Below, piece by piece: positions 16,011-28,323 of a stretch of 64,000 bases of DNA. Source of the DNA: Octopus sinensis (Eukaryota); contig NC_043017.1 of the NCBI RefSeq assembly GCF_006345805.1, positions 16,554,001-16,618,000 on the forward strand, read 5' to 3'. How positions within the stretch are numbered: the first letter of the stretch is position 1; each line of letters begins with the position of its first letter. The position numbers and the translations under genes were made by a program. Under the pieces are notes generated by a model. That model had not been told where the DNA came from. It did no database searches and worked only from the letters and a program-made list of their open reading frames with translations.

Positions 16011-17548
16011 TCATGATAGAGTCCCTCCCAAAACTAGAACAAAACTGTTTCTTTCTCAACGAATAGAACTGAGTTCCAGTAAAGTGATGAAGTCACTTGT
16101 CTAGTATTACAGGGTTTTGCATATTTTTTTCAGAAATAATATTAACAATAATTTGACTGTTGTTCCCACTTTTTCTTTACGCCAATAAAGTAATTACGAC
16201 CATACTCATATTGGTGTGTTATAATTCTTTGTTTTTTTTATTACCTAAAAACAAGGAAGGAATGCAATGCTGATGATCTTCAGTTTTAAATCAATTATAC
16301 AAACTAGTTAATTGTTATGGTCAGTCACAGAGTGACCACTGGTTTTGCTCATAAAGTAAAGAGTTCTATTGGTGGCCCAATAGAATCAAATGGCTTAAGG
16401 CATAAAACCTCTCCACAACAGAGCTTATATGCGATTCATAGGTGTAAAACCAATGGTCACTTTATGACTAGCCATAACATTTGGTGAAAGGCTTGGCTGG
16501 AAAAGTTCCCCTTTAAAATCATGCATTTGTCAACCTGTCTATGAGGGCTATAAATCCCAAAACAAACCAACTCAGACCATGAAAACCCATCCCATCAATG
16601 CTACCATGAGAATATCCCATACACAAAGGCAATGATGGTCTCAATGTTACATCAGTAGAAGGCATACGACTCTCTCTCTCTCTCTCCCTCTAAATTCATT
16701 TCTCTTTGCTATTCTGCCCCTTTTATATCCTGACAGATGACCCTTTAACTTTAGAATGTATCTCAGATGTTTTCTCTTTGGCTTACACTTTTCCAAAAAG
16801 TTTTAAATTCCATGAAACTTTAGAATTTGGTATATGGATGTAATTCTTCACGCTTAATCCAATATTGTTATTCAGATGTTTAAGGTTCGATTATTTGAAG
16901 TCAATCAGAAAACAGGATCTAGAAGCTGGCATTTTCTACATGATGACAACTTGACGATGACAAAACGTTCAAGGATGGAAGTTTTAATGAATAAAGTCAC
17001 GTGTAAAGTTGGAACAGGTATGAATTTTTTATCATGTTTTTAATGAAAATTTACCAAAAATAGAACCTGAACATTAAATTACAAAAACACAAAGTGTAGT
17101 TCAGTTCTGGAAGACAATACATATTTTGTAGCAAAGATTCAAAAGCAGAGTTTGTGAAATAAATTAACACTTTCATATCTCCTGCACCACACAAAAAGGT
17201 CTGTAAAAAAGGTAGTGAGGCTAATGTCATAGCATTTGATCTGTTACCCCTGTGGGGTGCCCCTTCACAGTGTTACCACATCAACGACCCAATGTAAAAA
17301 ATACACCAATGACTGTAGTTTTCAATTGGCTAAAATTACCTCAAATTTGCAAACTTTAAAAAACTATTCACTTTTCATTTATTAATTTATGGCAAAAAGG
17401 AATTTCATTTCCATAATCACTATACAAAAGTACACCAATACACCTACAATGTTATAGCTTCTTTCATGTTTGAATACACTTGTTACATACGATATTTCCA
17501 CATGATGAATATTTTATGTTTGTAGAAAATAGAATGCCGCAATTGGTT

Positions 17549-17918
17549 ACTCTTTTACTTGTTTCAGTCATTTGACTGCGGCCATGCTGGAGGACCACCT
17601 TTAGTTGAGCAAATCAACCCCGGGACTTATTCTTTGTAAGCCCAGTAGTTATTCTATCGTTCTCTTTTGCCGAACCGCTAAATGACGTAAACACACCAGC
17701 ATCGGTTGTCAAGCAATGCTAGGGGGACAAACACACAAACACATATATATACATATATACGACAGGCTTCTTTCAGTTTCCGTCTACCAAATCCACTGAC
17801 AAGGCATTGGTCGGCCCGGGGCTATAGCAGAAGAAACTTGTCCAAGATGCCAGGCAGTGGGACTGAACCCGGAACCATGTGGTTGGTTAGCAAGCTACTT
17901 ACCACACAGCCACTCCAG
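17549..17918 (-). mobile_element. tRNA-derived SINE, duplicated copy of 10417-10786
   Basis: Same sequence and insertion point, offset by 7132 bp. Confidence 0.9.
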
Positions 17919-18256
17919 CACAGAATTTCATTGAACAAATCAATCTTTTTTGTTTGTTGGTTAATAGAGTAATTTTCTGAGCATCTGAAACTCACAAATT
18001 CATGAACAAACTGGAAAATGTAAACGTTAATTTAATTGACAAAAATCAAGTATTTCATAAACTGAAATTTATTCACCGCAAGTCACATTTCATCACTAAT
18101 GAAGTAATTTTTTTGCATAAATACATACATGGCTAGATAAGTAAGTATTTTGAGTGACTGGGTTACGTGTGTCACAGAGGTATGCCTTCTCTCCTCAGTA
18201 TAAACGTTTGTCAGTAGCTAAGTCACCATTCTCAAGGGAATGATTTACCACAAATT

Positions 18257-19252
18257 TCAATGATGTGGTTTCTCTCTTGTGTGACTACGTTTGTGAGTGA
18301 TTAAGTGACTTTTCTGAGAGAATGATTTACCACAGGTATCACAGTGATATGGTTTATCTCCTGTATGAGTGTGCTTGTGAGTAATGAGGTTACCTTTTTG
18401 AGAGAATGATTTACCACAAATATCACAGGGAAATGGTTTCTCTCCCGAATGAATACGTTTGTGAGTAGTTAAGTCACCATTTTGAGGGAATGATTTACCA
18501 CAAATATCACAGTGATATGGTTTATCTCCTGTGTGACTACGTTTGTGAGTAATGAAGTGACTGTTCTGAGCGAATAATTTACCACAGATATCACAGTGAT
18601 ATGGTGTCCATCCTGTATGAATACGTTTATGAGTAGTGAAGTAACTAATCCCTGAGAATGTTTTCCCACAGACTTCACAGTGATATGTTTTCTCTCCTGT
18701 ATGAAATTGCATGTGAGTAATGCGGTGACCTTTCTGAGAGAATGATTTACCACAGATATCACATGGAAATGGTTTCTCTCCTGAATGAATACGTTTGTGA
18801 GTAATTAAGTCACTATTTTGAGGGAATGATTTACTACAAATATTACAGTGATATGGTTTATCTCCTGTGTGACTACGTTTGTGAGTAGTTAAGTGACTAT
18901 TTTGAGAGAATAATTTACCACAGATATCACAATGATATGGTTTATCTCCTGTATGAATATGTTTGTGTGTTGCTAAGTGACTGCTCTGAGAGAATGATTT
19001 ACCACAGATATCACAGTGATATGGTCTATCTCCTGTATGAATGTGTTTGTGTGTTGTTAAGTGATGACTTCTTGAGAATGATTTACCACAGATATCACAA
19101 TGATATGGTTTCTCTCCTGCATCACAACTGTACACACCCTCTCCTGTACATAACGTTTTATCTTTCTGTCTCTTTACACCAGCAGGGAAGCTCTTACTTG
19201 TAGACTGTGTCTTACATGTAACTTTGTTCTCACATAGTTTGTCTTCCATCAT
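18257..19252 (-). CDS. C2H2 zinc-finger protein, array copy 4 (331 aa, 10 fingers)
   Basis: Intact ORF with 10 C2H2 repeats and the same leader as copies 1-3. Confidence 0.93.
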   Translation of the reverse strand: MMEDKLCENKVTCKTQSTSKSFPAGVKRQKDKTLCTGEGVYSCDAGEKPYHCDICGKSFSRSHHLTTHKHIHTGDRPYHCDICGKSFSQSSHLATHKHIHTGDKPYHCDICGKLFSQNSHLTTHKRSHTGDKPYHCNICSKSFPQNSDLITHKRIHSGEKPFPCDICGKSFSQKGHRITHMQFHTGEKTYHCEVCGKTFSGISYFTTHKRIHTGWTPYHCDICGKLFAQNSHFITHKRSHTGDKPYHCDICGKSFPQNGDLTTHKRIHSGEKPFPCDICGKSFSQKGNLITHKHTHTGDKPYHCDTCGKSFSQKSHLITHKRSHTREKPHH

Positions 19253-20994
19253 TTTTCATCTCTCACCACAACAGACAGAGATGTTTTCCTTCTTTTAATT
19301 CTTATATGTTTATTCCCAACAAATATTCTCTTTTGCTATACTTTCAACGAACGTAATTTTTGTTGATATTTGAAGATACCGTCTACTCAGATTCTTTCAT
19401 GCCAATGTGATCTGATATTTCTGAAATAAGAAAGAAAGAATATAGAATATGGAGGAGACAAATAAAAAGTAGAGATTCAACAGTGAACATTTTACTACAT
19501 TTCTTCTGCATCAATACACAGCGAAGATATAAACTTTTACCTTGGCAATGGAACACATCCCTTCTCCGTACATTAGAGCCAGTGCCAGTTCCAACATTCC
19601 CTATGCCAGTTTCAGCCTGTCCACAAGAGCTAGTAGCCTAATGCAACAAGGAAAATGCCTCAACAGACGCGGAGTGAAACTTTCACAGCAATTTCTTGTT
19701 TCAAACAAATGTGTAATTTGCATACAAAGGTACTAAAAGTATACGTTCATGTGTTCACACTTATGCATGCATGAATGCACACACACGTGTATGAGCATAT
19801 ACATCAATATATAAGTCTGCGTCTCATAAACATGTGGCCTCACATAAAACCTCAAAAACAACCCAACTCCAACTGACCTAAATTCCTGCTAAAGTTCTCA
19901 TTCTTTTCTTTTTCTTAATCCCTTAACCCTTTTCACACAAAACTGCCCCTGGTTCTATGATAAAAATTTACTGCTTTAAAGTGATCGAAATTGAAACTTT
20001 CCACCGAAATTTCATGTCAGTTTATGCTCCAAACCCCAGACGAATATCGTCAAAATTGCTTTCCTAAGTCTTTGCATATTTCCAAAATTAACTGAAATAA
20101 AAGCAGGGTATTTCAAAAGAAATACACTAACGAAGGGCTTAATTGAGCTCTGCATATCTCTCTCTGACTCCAAAGGTTATACAAGAGGTTATAGGAGAGC
20201 CGACTCGTCTGGGAGTTAAAAGATCGTTGCTTTAGGAAAATTACTTCTCTTCTTCATTTTCTTTCCTTTATCTTTGAACACATCAAAAGAAGCAGATGTA
20301 GTAGAAAGAGGACACGACCTATACAATGTAAATGTTGTTTCTATTAATGATACTTACATATTTAATAGAGATCCAATGACGAAGATGTCACAATAGATTC
20401 AAGGAATCACAAATCAGAATGGACATTTTCAGCTTCAACATCACTTGTATATTTTACAAGAAACCCTCACTTAGATTTTCACATCAACATAATAAAGGAT
20501 GACGATGGCTAATTAACAATCACGTATGAATTAACGTGTTTAATTAATTAATTTGGTTAATTGGCAGAAGCATTAAGCAGCGAAAAATGGTCAGAGTTCA
20601 AATCCAGACAAAGTCGACTTTGCTTTCACTCCTTCCGAAATCCATAGAATAAAGTAGCAGTGTGTCACAAAGCAGTTCAAGGAAGGCTTCCATTCAAGCT
20701 TTATTGCTGCTCGCCATCAAATCCGTTAATCACTGATTAATCCGTTAATCCGTTAATCACTGACGTCCAACGATTAAAACGAGTCCTTTTACATCAAGTA
20801 AAGACAGCATCCATCTAGGAACGTCATTCGACTCTAAGCCGCATTTTCGTACTCAATACAAAAGAAGATTTCTATATTTTTTATTTATTATTTACTGTCG
20901 TAGAAATGAATATATGACAGGATATTATAATTCATAACAGTCATCTCTGCAGAGCGAAAAGTGAGTCACGGTGCATTCAAAAAGTATAGTCCTT

Positions 20995-22195
20995 TAGATA
21001 AAAAGGGGTCTTAAATAATTCGTCCTGATCTTAGTCTTCTCGTCTCTTTTTGTCCTTGAATAATAGCCGTTTTGTAACACGTATTATCCTCGTTCATGTA
21101 GTCTTTGCAAGCGTTGTTACCTGTACTATTATTATAGTCTTTCAGTTACTCTTCTCCAGTTGCTAATCTGCTCGTATTTTCAGGTGCCGGACTGTGAGCT
21201 CCGTTGCTTTGTTAATACGTTGTTTCTATTGGTGTACTGTCGGGATTTGCTCCTTGTTGATAATTGTTTGTGGATTTTGTTGTTCTGTATCGAACTCTGT
21301 TTGTGTAGTTAACCCTGGTTGTGTCTGTGTGTTTTCTTAGCTCCCTCGATTGAAAGATTGTCCTGCTGGGTCGAGATTGTGTGTCAACACTGCAGCTATT
21401 CGTCCCTTTCCAAACTGTACGCATGCAAAGTGGAGAGAATCGTCTCCAACAATCTAATATTTTCTATAAGTGGATCCCCCTTATTTTTGAGATAGTATTG
21501 TGCTTCCGATATTCTGGTGGAATTCAGGTAGAATGGTTCCCGATGTCGATGTTCTTGAAAATTTAAACATTCACTCATGAGGGTTTGTGTTGGTAGCTCT
21601 GCTGAGGAAGCCTCTCATGGCTGATAATGCCATGGGAAGGACTGTCAACCATTGTCTTTTATCTAGTTGTAGTAATGAAGTAAGTCCTAGATTTAAGGTC
21701 TTCATGAGGTCCTTTCACATTGGCCATTGCCTTCAGTTCGAAAGGAAGATGTTCCAGTTTTTATTGTCCCCTTAGTGAGAAGGAAGTCGTGGAGCTTCTT
21801 ATTATCAAATTCTGTTAGAGTGGATACAACCTGGTGTTCCCAACAATGAAAAGTGTTTGAGCAGATGGGAAATTACTGTTTCGGTACTCATGTCTTTGCA
21901 TTGGTATGCGAATGGGTGCTTTTGAGTACTCATCGACTATTATCAATAAGTAGCGCTATTGTGTAGTTCACGGGACCAACAAATTCGACTGAGAGGTGCT
22001 TCCATAGCCTTGATGCCAGTATTACTTCACCCATATGTGGTTTGTGGTAGCACGGTTTGAGATTGTTGCATGTAGAGCAAGCGAGCGTCATTTTGCAGAT
22101 TTCATTTAGTGAGAGTGGCGGGTATCATACTTTACAGTAGTGAAGTAGGTGGGTTATTCATGGGTGGCACAGTTTTTGTGGGGTTGGTATTACGA
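20995..22195 (-). mobile_element. Degenerate Ty3/Gypsy integrase fragment, unit 4 (best-preserved Zn-binding region)
   Basis: 22020-22190 reads HP*ITHLLHYCKV*YPPLSLNEICKMTLACSTCNNLKPCYHKPHMGEVILASRLWKHLSVEFVGP. Confidence 0.8.
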
Positions 22196-22325
22196 AGAGC
22201 AACCAGCTGTAGAAACTTTGCCAGATCAGATTGGAACCTGGTGCAGCCTTCTGGCTCACCAGCCTTTAGTGAATCCCTCCAACCCATGTCAGCACGGTAA
22301 GCAGACGTTAAACGACAACAGAGTG
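22195..22325 (+). mobile_element. RTE 3' UTR tail fragment
   Basis: CCAGCTGTAGAAAC...CCAACCCATG...GACGTTAAACGAC, the same tail as the RTE at 34801-36081. Confidence 0.65.
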
Positions 22326-22439
22326 GATGAGGTCAAGCCTGGAACACTTTGACCACAGATCTGCTTGATCAGGACTGACATGGAGACTAAATTACTACCA
22401 CCACTGCTGTTGCTACAGTAATGAGTTTATCCTTTTATT

Positions 22440-22806
22440 GTGGCCATGCTGGAGCACTGCCTTGAAGGATTTTAGTCAAACAAATCAAACCCAGGATTTT
22501 TTTTTATTTTTGAAGCCTAGTGCTTATTGTACCGGTTCCTTGTGCTGAGCCGCTAAGTAACTAGGACATAAAAACACCAATACCAGTTGTTAAGTGGTGA
22601 CGGGGGGTAGGAGGAAACAACCACAGGTACAAACATATAGATATATATACATGGGCTTCTTTCAGTTTCCACCTACCAAATCCACTCACAAGGTTTTTGG
22701 TCAGCCCGAGGCTATAGTAGAAGATACTTGCCCCCAGGTGGCATGCGGTCGGACTGAACCAAGAACCATGTGGTTGGGAAGCAAGCTTCTTACCACACAG
22801 CCATAG
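22440..22806 (-). mobile_element. Diverged tRNA-derived SINE
   Basis: Homologous to 10417-10786 over head, body and the GGCCATGCTGGAGCAC end. Confidence 0.75.
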
Positions 22807-23788
22807 CTGTCCATTAATTTTAGACGAGAGTCACATTTTACCTGATAGATGGACAGGTGACAGCAACATAAACCAAATATCTCACAGGTATATATAGACA
22901 CAGTCCATCAAAGACATTAACAATCGTAAAAATGTAGACAATACTGCTTTATTAACTTTAAATAGGGATCACCTACAGAAATGTCAAAGCAATGAATAAA
23001 CTGTGTAGGTTGTTAGCTGTCAGGACATTGCATACTTTGAAAATTCCTGAAATTTGTCATCACTACTCCTCACATGTCGAAGCACTCTTTCCTCCTCACC
23101 ACTCTTACAGTTCATTTTGGTCCCTTTGGGCTTCGATTGTCATTGCTGTCTGTCTTTACCCGACAGTTGCTATTCTCTGTCCCTTTTTCTACCTTTTTCC
23201 AACAAGATGTAATACACTTAAGCCCTGTATACAGGGCTTAAACTCATATTTAAATAATAATAACCCACAAAACCTGGTAACTATAATAAACGACAAAGTT
23301 TGAAATCAGCAAATAAACTAATTGAAACAATAACAACACAACAAATCGACAAGTTTATTTCCATGAGTGTAATAATATTTATTCATGTATGTACTTGAAT
23401 TTTCATTTTTCTCAACAATTTTGATACTAATTTCTTAGCGGTCAAGGAAGAATATGTTTTTGACCCTCTGCTTAGGGCCACTTGTCCATTTCCTATAAAA
23501 GTTTATGTCTAAACGTATGAATCCGATGAAGACGTATATAACATTTAAACCAGATTACACATAAAATACACGAAGCAATGTATAACCAAGTCACGAATGG
23601 ATGCAATACACACATGATAAAAAATTTGCTGGATCCTTCCAAAAGCATTGTAGCAACACAAAATCAATCTTTTCTTATTTTCTCAGTCATTTTTACTAAT
23701 TTTAAGAATGTTGTAGATTTATTCACAGAATAACAAGATTGTTAAAGAGAAAAAGAAAAAAAATCATTTAGCAATATTTATGAATAAA

Positions 23789-24150
23789 AGGCAGAGAGCT
23801 GGCACGACGGGCAAAATGTTTAGTGGTATTTCATCTGTCTTTACATTCTGAGTTCAAATTCTGTTGAGGTCAACTTTGCCTTTCATCCTTTAGGAGGTCG
23901 ATAAATTATGTACCAGTTGCATACTGGGGTCAAATCAAATTGCCTACCCCCCCCCCAAAAAAAAATTTCAGGTCTTGTGCCTAGAACAGAAAAGAATATT
24001 TATGAATAAAAATTGTTCTCAGTTCAAATTCCACTGGCATCGACCTTGCATTTCATCCTTTTAGGATTGATAAAGTAATTACCAGTCACGTACTGGGGTG
24101 AATGCAATGAACTTACCCCTCCCTTGAACTTGCTGGCCTTGTGCCAAAAT
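23789..24150 (+). mobile_element. Two degenerate copies of a second tRNA-related SINE family
   Basis: GAGTTCAAATTC B-box followed by ACTTTGCCTTTCATCC...TACTGGGG. Same family as 37590-37773 and 40769-40940. Confidence 0.6.
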
Positions 24151-24439
24151 TTGAAACCAATATCTATGAATAAAAATTATGGGGTCAGCTGGCAAAATTT
24201 AGTGCCATTTTGGACATCTTTACATTCCAAGTTCAAACCCCATCGAGGTCTTTCATCCTGTTTGAATGTAGTATTATGGACCCGTTTGAAAGGGCTAAAG
24301 TCAGACACTTTCCTCTTTGGACAAGGCCTCATCAACTTTTTCAAGTTCCACTTGAAAAGGAAGACGAGAGTAGAGAGGGAAGGGCTGTCTTGTAGCAAAT
24401 TTATTGAAAGGTGAGTGAATGTCGGGAAAATGGCCAGTA

Positions 24440-24740
24440 TGAACGGACCAATTCTGAGATTACACCTGTAAAAAAAAACCGATAAAATAAAAGAAGGGGC
24501 TCTCTACCGCTTTTGACCAGGCCCCCGTGGCTTTTATGGGTTTTTCCACGAGTAACCTTTCGAAGTGCCTCCCCCTATTGGGAGTTTTATTTGTTATATT
24601 TTTCGCTGTTTTTTTAATGTTTACATGGACCTTTCTTTTTCGCAAAACCCTTTCTACTTTTCGTCCTGTGTTTGTCCTTACATGTTTTTTGATTTATGTT
24701 AGCCCTTGTGGCCAATAAACCAGAATTAATTATTATTATT
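24440..24740 (+). mobile_element. Possible 3' end of a non-LTR retrotransposon
   Basis: T-rich segment ending CCCTTGTGGCCAATAAA followed by an (ATT)n tail. Family not assignable by eye. Confidence 0.3.
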
Positions 24741-24750
24741 ATTGTCATTG

Positions 24751-25047
24751 TTCAGGTCACTGCTTGGAATTGAACTCGGAATCTTGGGGTTAGTAGCCTG
24801 CACTCTTAACCACTATGCCATATGGCATAGTGGTTAAGAGCACGGGCTACTAACCCCAAGATTCCGAGTTCAATTCCAGGCAGTGACCTGAATAATAATA
24901 ATAATAACATCGAAAAATACCTTAGGAATGAGAACCCAGGTTCGAAATTTCCCAAGACACCTGAAGAAGGCTGGAGGGTATATCAGCTGAAATGTTGTGT
25001 TAACCACAAACAAGATGAGGACAAATATCCATCAAATGTAAATAATG
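24751..25047 (+). mobile_element. tRNA-headed, hammerhead-bearing non-autonomous element with inverted 5' duplication (Penelope/retrozyme-like)
   Basis: 71-bp spacerless inverted arms (24751-24821 / 24822-24892), A-box TGGCATAGTGG, B-box GTTCAATTC (24868-24876), and a hammerhead motif at 24956-25001. Confidence 0.65.
24956..25001 (+). ncRNA. Minimal type I hammerhead ribozyme motif (slightly decayed)
   Basis: Stem I GACAC/GTGTT, core CTGAAGA, stem II GGCTG/CAGCT, GAAA, loopless stem III with a GTT cleavage triplet. Confidence 0.6.
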
Positions 25048-25280
25048 ATACTTATTTTATCGACCCGTAAAGGAAGAAAGACAAAATTGACTTCAGAACA
25101 CAAAACTGGAAGAAACTCTGCCAAGCATTTTTGGTCCAGTTATGATTCTGCCAGCTAATTGCCTTTATAACCACTAGCTATATCAACAAAGAAAATGCAA
25201 AAATAATTTGATCAACCAAAATTCGGTAGTATGTAGGCTGCACTATATTTACTACGACATGAATTTTAATATTGATAGAG

Positions 25281-26300
25281 TTATTTTTCTGTATGAATAC
25301 CTATATGCGTAGTTAAGTGCCTTTTTTGAGAGAAGGATTTGCCACAAATATCACAGTGATGTGGTCTCTCTCCTGTATGAACACGTATGTGTTTAGTTAA
25401 GTGACTGCTTACAGAGAAAGATTTACCACAGACATCACAGGTATATGGTTTCTCTCCAGTATGAATACGCTTGTGAGTAGTTAATTCCCCATTTTGAGAG
25501 AATGCTTTATCACAAATATCACACTGATATGGTTTCTCTCCTGTATGAATAAGTTTGTGAGCAGTTAATTCACCATTTTGAGAGAATGATTTACCACAGA
25601 TATCACACTGATATGGCTTCTCTCCTGTATGGGTGCGTTTGTGTCTTGTTAATGTGCAATTCTTAGGGAAAGATTTACCGCAAACATCACAGCAAAATGG
25701 CTTCTCTCCTGTATGAATACGTTTGTGAGTCGTTAAGTAACTACTTCCAGAGAATGACTTACCACAGATGTCACAATGATATGGCTTTTCTCCTGTATGA
25801 ATGCGTTTGTGGGTCGTTAAATCACTACTTCCAGTGAAGGATTTACCACACACATCGCAAAGATATGGCCTCTCTCCTGTATGAATACGTTTGTGTTTAG
25901 TTAAATGACTACTTACAGAGAAGGATTTACCACAGACATCACAGTGATTTGGTCTCTCATCTGTATGGATCCGTTTGTGAGTAGTCAAGTGACTACTTAC
26001 GGAGAATGACTTATCACAGATATCACAAACATAAGGTCTCTCCCCTGTATGAACACGTTTATGGGTAATTAAGTTTGCAACTTGAGAGAATGATTTACTG
26101 CAGATGTCACAGCGATATGGTTTCTCTCCTGTATGAATACGTTTGTGAGTATTTAGGTTACCTTTTTGAGAGAATGTCTTTTTACAGATATCACAGTCAT
26201 ATAACATTTTTACTTTCTCTTTCTTTCCATCACCGGGATCAGGAATCCTTTTAGACTGTGTTTCACATTTAATTTTCTTCTCACACAATTCATTTTCCAT
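25281..26300 (-). CDS. C2H2 zinc-finger protein, divergent paralogue (339 aa, 11 fingers)
   Basis: Intact ORF. The leader [16 protein letters not shown] is homologous to [17 protein letters not shown] of copies 1-4. Confidence 0.93.
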   Translation of the reverse strand: MENELCEKKIKCETQSKRIPDPGDGKKEKVKMLYDCDICKKTFSQKGNLNTHKRIHTGEKPYRCDICSKSFSQVANLITHKRVHTGERPYVCDICDKSFSVSSHLTTHKRIHTDERPNHCDVCGKSFSVSSHLTKHKRIHTGERPYLCDVCGKSFTGSSDLTTHKRIHTGEKPYHCDICGKSFSGSSYLTTHKRIHTGEKPFCCDVCGKSFPKNCTLTRHKRTHTGEKPYQCDICGKSFSQNGELTAHKLIHTGEKPYQCDICDKAFSQNGELTTHKRIHTGEKPYTCDVCGKSFSVSSHLTKHIRVHTGERPHHCDICGKSFSQKRHLTTHIGIHTEK

Positions 26301-26914
26301 AATTTTTCTTTCAATTTTTATACTCTCTTCCTGAAAAATATTTCTTGTGTGCTATACTTCCATAAACATTGTCTCTGTCAATGTTTGTAGAGGCTGCAAA
26401 CTCTTTTTTAATTTAAGTTTATCTAGAATCCACAATCATCCTATTATATATAGTGAAGTGGGGAAATTTTACTAAGAACCACAGTGCAAATAATTCACAG
26501 TAATTCAGCTGAAGATTTATATCTGTTGTGTATGGGAGTTGTTCCGAGTCTTAAAAATGATAAATATCGATGGCTCCGACGTAAAACAATCTCTCTTGGG
26601 CCAATGTCATCTGATATTCTGAAAGAAAAGAGAAGCAATATAAAATATAGAGGAATCTTAAGAAGCAGACATTCGATGCTGACATTTTATTATGTTTCTT
26701 CTACATTGATAGATAAAAGCCTTTATCCAAGCAACACAACTGATCTACTGAAGCCATCCCTTTTCAAAACACACATCAAGGGGCACAGGTGTGATTGTGT
26801 GGTAAGAAGTTTGCTTCCAGTTTATTGTTTTGGTTGGTCAAACTGCTGCCTTTGTGTGTAATACACGTGTTTTTTGGCCGTCCTGCAACGGTATGACGTC
26901 TTCCCTCTTGTGTA

Positions 26915-27244
26915 ATGAGTTGTGAAAATCTGAGTCCTTTTTCAGACTTTATGTCGTCCGAAGAAGAAATTGTAAAATGTTTGAAAAGAATCAACAAGGA
27001 ACTAGAAACAAAGAATTATGCTGAAGTGGCAAAAGGAAAAATTGAAAACATAAGTCTAGAAGAATTGAGATGGTTCAAGGAAATACCTAAAAGGGAGGGG
27101 AACGATGTGAAGGTGTTCCCCCACAAAGAAGTGTTAAAGGATAAAAATGAGAGAACAATTATATACATTTGTGGTGGCAACAAGAAAAATAGAAAAGTGG
27201 TGTCAGTGGCCCAAGTTGAAAAGGCATGGAGACTGAGATGGTAA
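26915..27244 (+). other. Charged ORF of unknown origin, possibly a retrotransposon ORF1 N-terminus
   Basis: 109-aa protein-like ORF with an NYAEVAK motif that runs into the 12-bp minisatellite. Confidence 0.3.
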
Positions 27245-27803
27245 GAGATATGGTAAGAGAGATGGCAAGAGATATGGTAAGAGAGATGGCAAGAGATATG
27301 GTAAGAGATATGGTAAGAGATATGGTAAAAGAGATGGTAAGAGATATGGTAAAAGAGATGGTAAGAGAGATGGTAAGAGATATGGCAAGAGATATGGTAA
27401 GAGATGGTAAAAGATATGGTAAGAGATATGGTAAAAGAGATGGTAAAAGAGATGGTAAGAGATATGGTAAGAGAGATGGTAAAAGAGATGGCAAGAGATA
27501 TGGTAAGAGACATGGCAAGAGATATGGTAAAAGAGATGGTAAGAGATATGGTAAAAGAGATGGTAAGAGATATGGTAAAAGAGATGGTAAGAGATGGTAA
27601 AAGAGATGGTAAGAGAGATGGCAAGAGATATGGTAAGAGAGATGGTAAGAGAGATGGCAAGAGATATAGCAAGAGATATGGCAAGAGAGATGGTAAGAGA
27701 TATGGTAAGAGAGATGGTAAGAGATATGGTAAGAGAGATGGTAAGAGATGGTAAAAGAGATGGTAAGAGAGATGGCAAGAGATATGGCAAGAGAGATGGT
27801 AAG
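27236..27803 (+). repeat. 12-bp minisatellite (ATGGTAAGAGAT and variants, with occasional shorter units)
   Basis: Direct reading of the sequence; it explains the MVRD/GKRY/ISLT/YHLS/LPSL ORFs. Confidence 0.95.
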
Positions 27804-28323
27804 AAGCTTGCTTCCATGCATGCGTTGGTCAGTGTTTTTCTTTGCACTCCTAAGAGTCACAATGGCATACACCAACGTCGTGAATTATTGAACAAGTGAA
27901 GCACAGCTACAAGGAAAGACATTTGGTATTTTTGCGGGGGGAATTCTGTGGGGGTTTGTTGCTCGTGTTTATTTAGTCGAACAAGTAATCTCCACTGAGT
28001 TCCGGGCATTTGTCTGCCTGTAGTTGTGCTTTGAGTCTCACTTAGTGGAGAGAAGTGTGTTTTGAGGGCATATACCTCCTCCAATAATTACGAACATTGC
28101 GCTTGTTTTTTACCCATTTTTTTGATGAAATTATTGTGTGACTGCTTTGTGCCCTGGATTACCAAGTGGATTACCGAGTTGGCCAGGAGCACCAGGACAG
28201 CCAGAAGAATAGTTTGCTGTGTTTTTTTTAACTGTTTCTTGTCTTCTTCCTTCTTTCCTTCATTTTTGTTTTTTTGAACTCTTCGAACTTTTGCTTTTTT
28301 TGTGAACTTTTTTCCCAAAGAAC

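Noticed and set aside
23515-23560. Second hammerhead-like motif (CCGATGAAGACG)
   Set aside because: The core is mutated, and no paired stem II, GAAA or stem I partner could be found.
27226-27899. GKR-rich ORFs resembling an amidated neuropeptide precursor
   Set aside because: There is no signal peptide, the released peptides would be one residue long, and the pattern is a reading-frame by-product of a 12-bp minisatellite.
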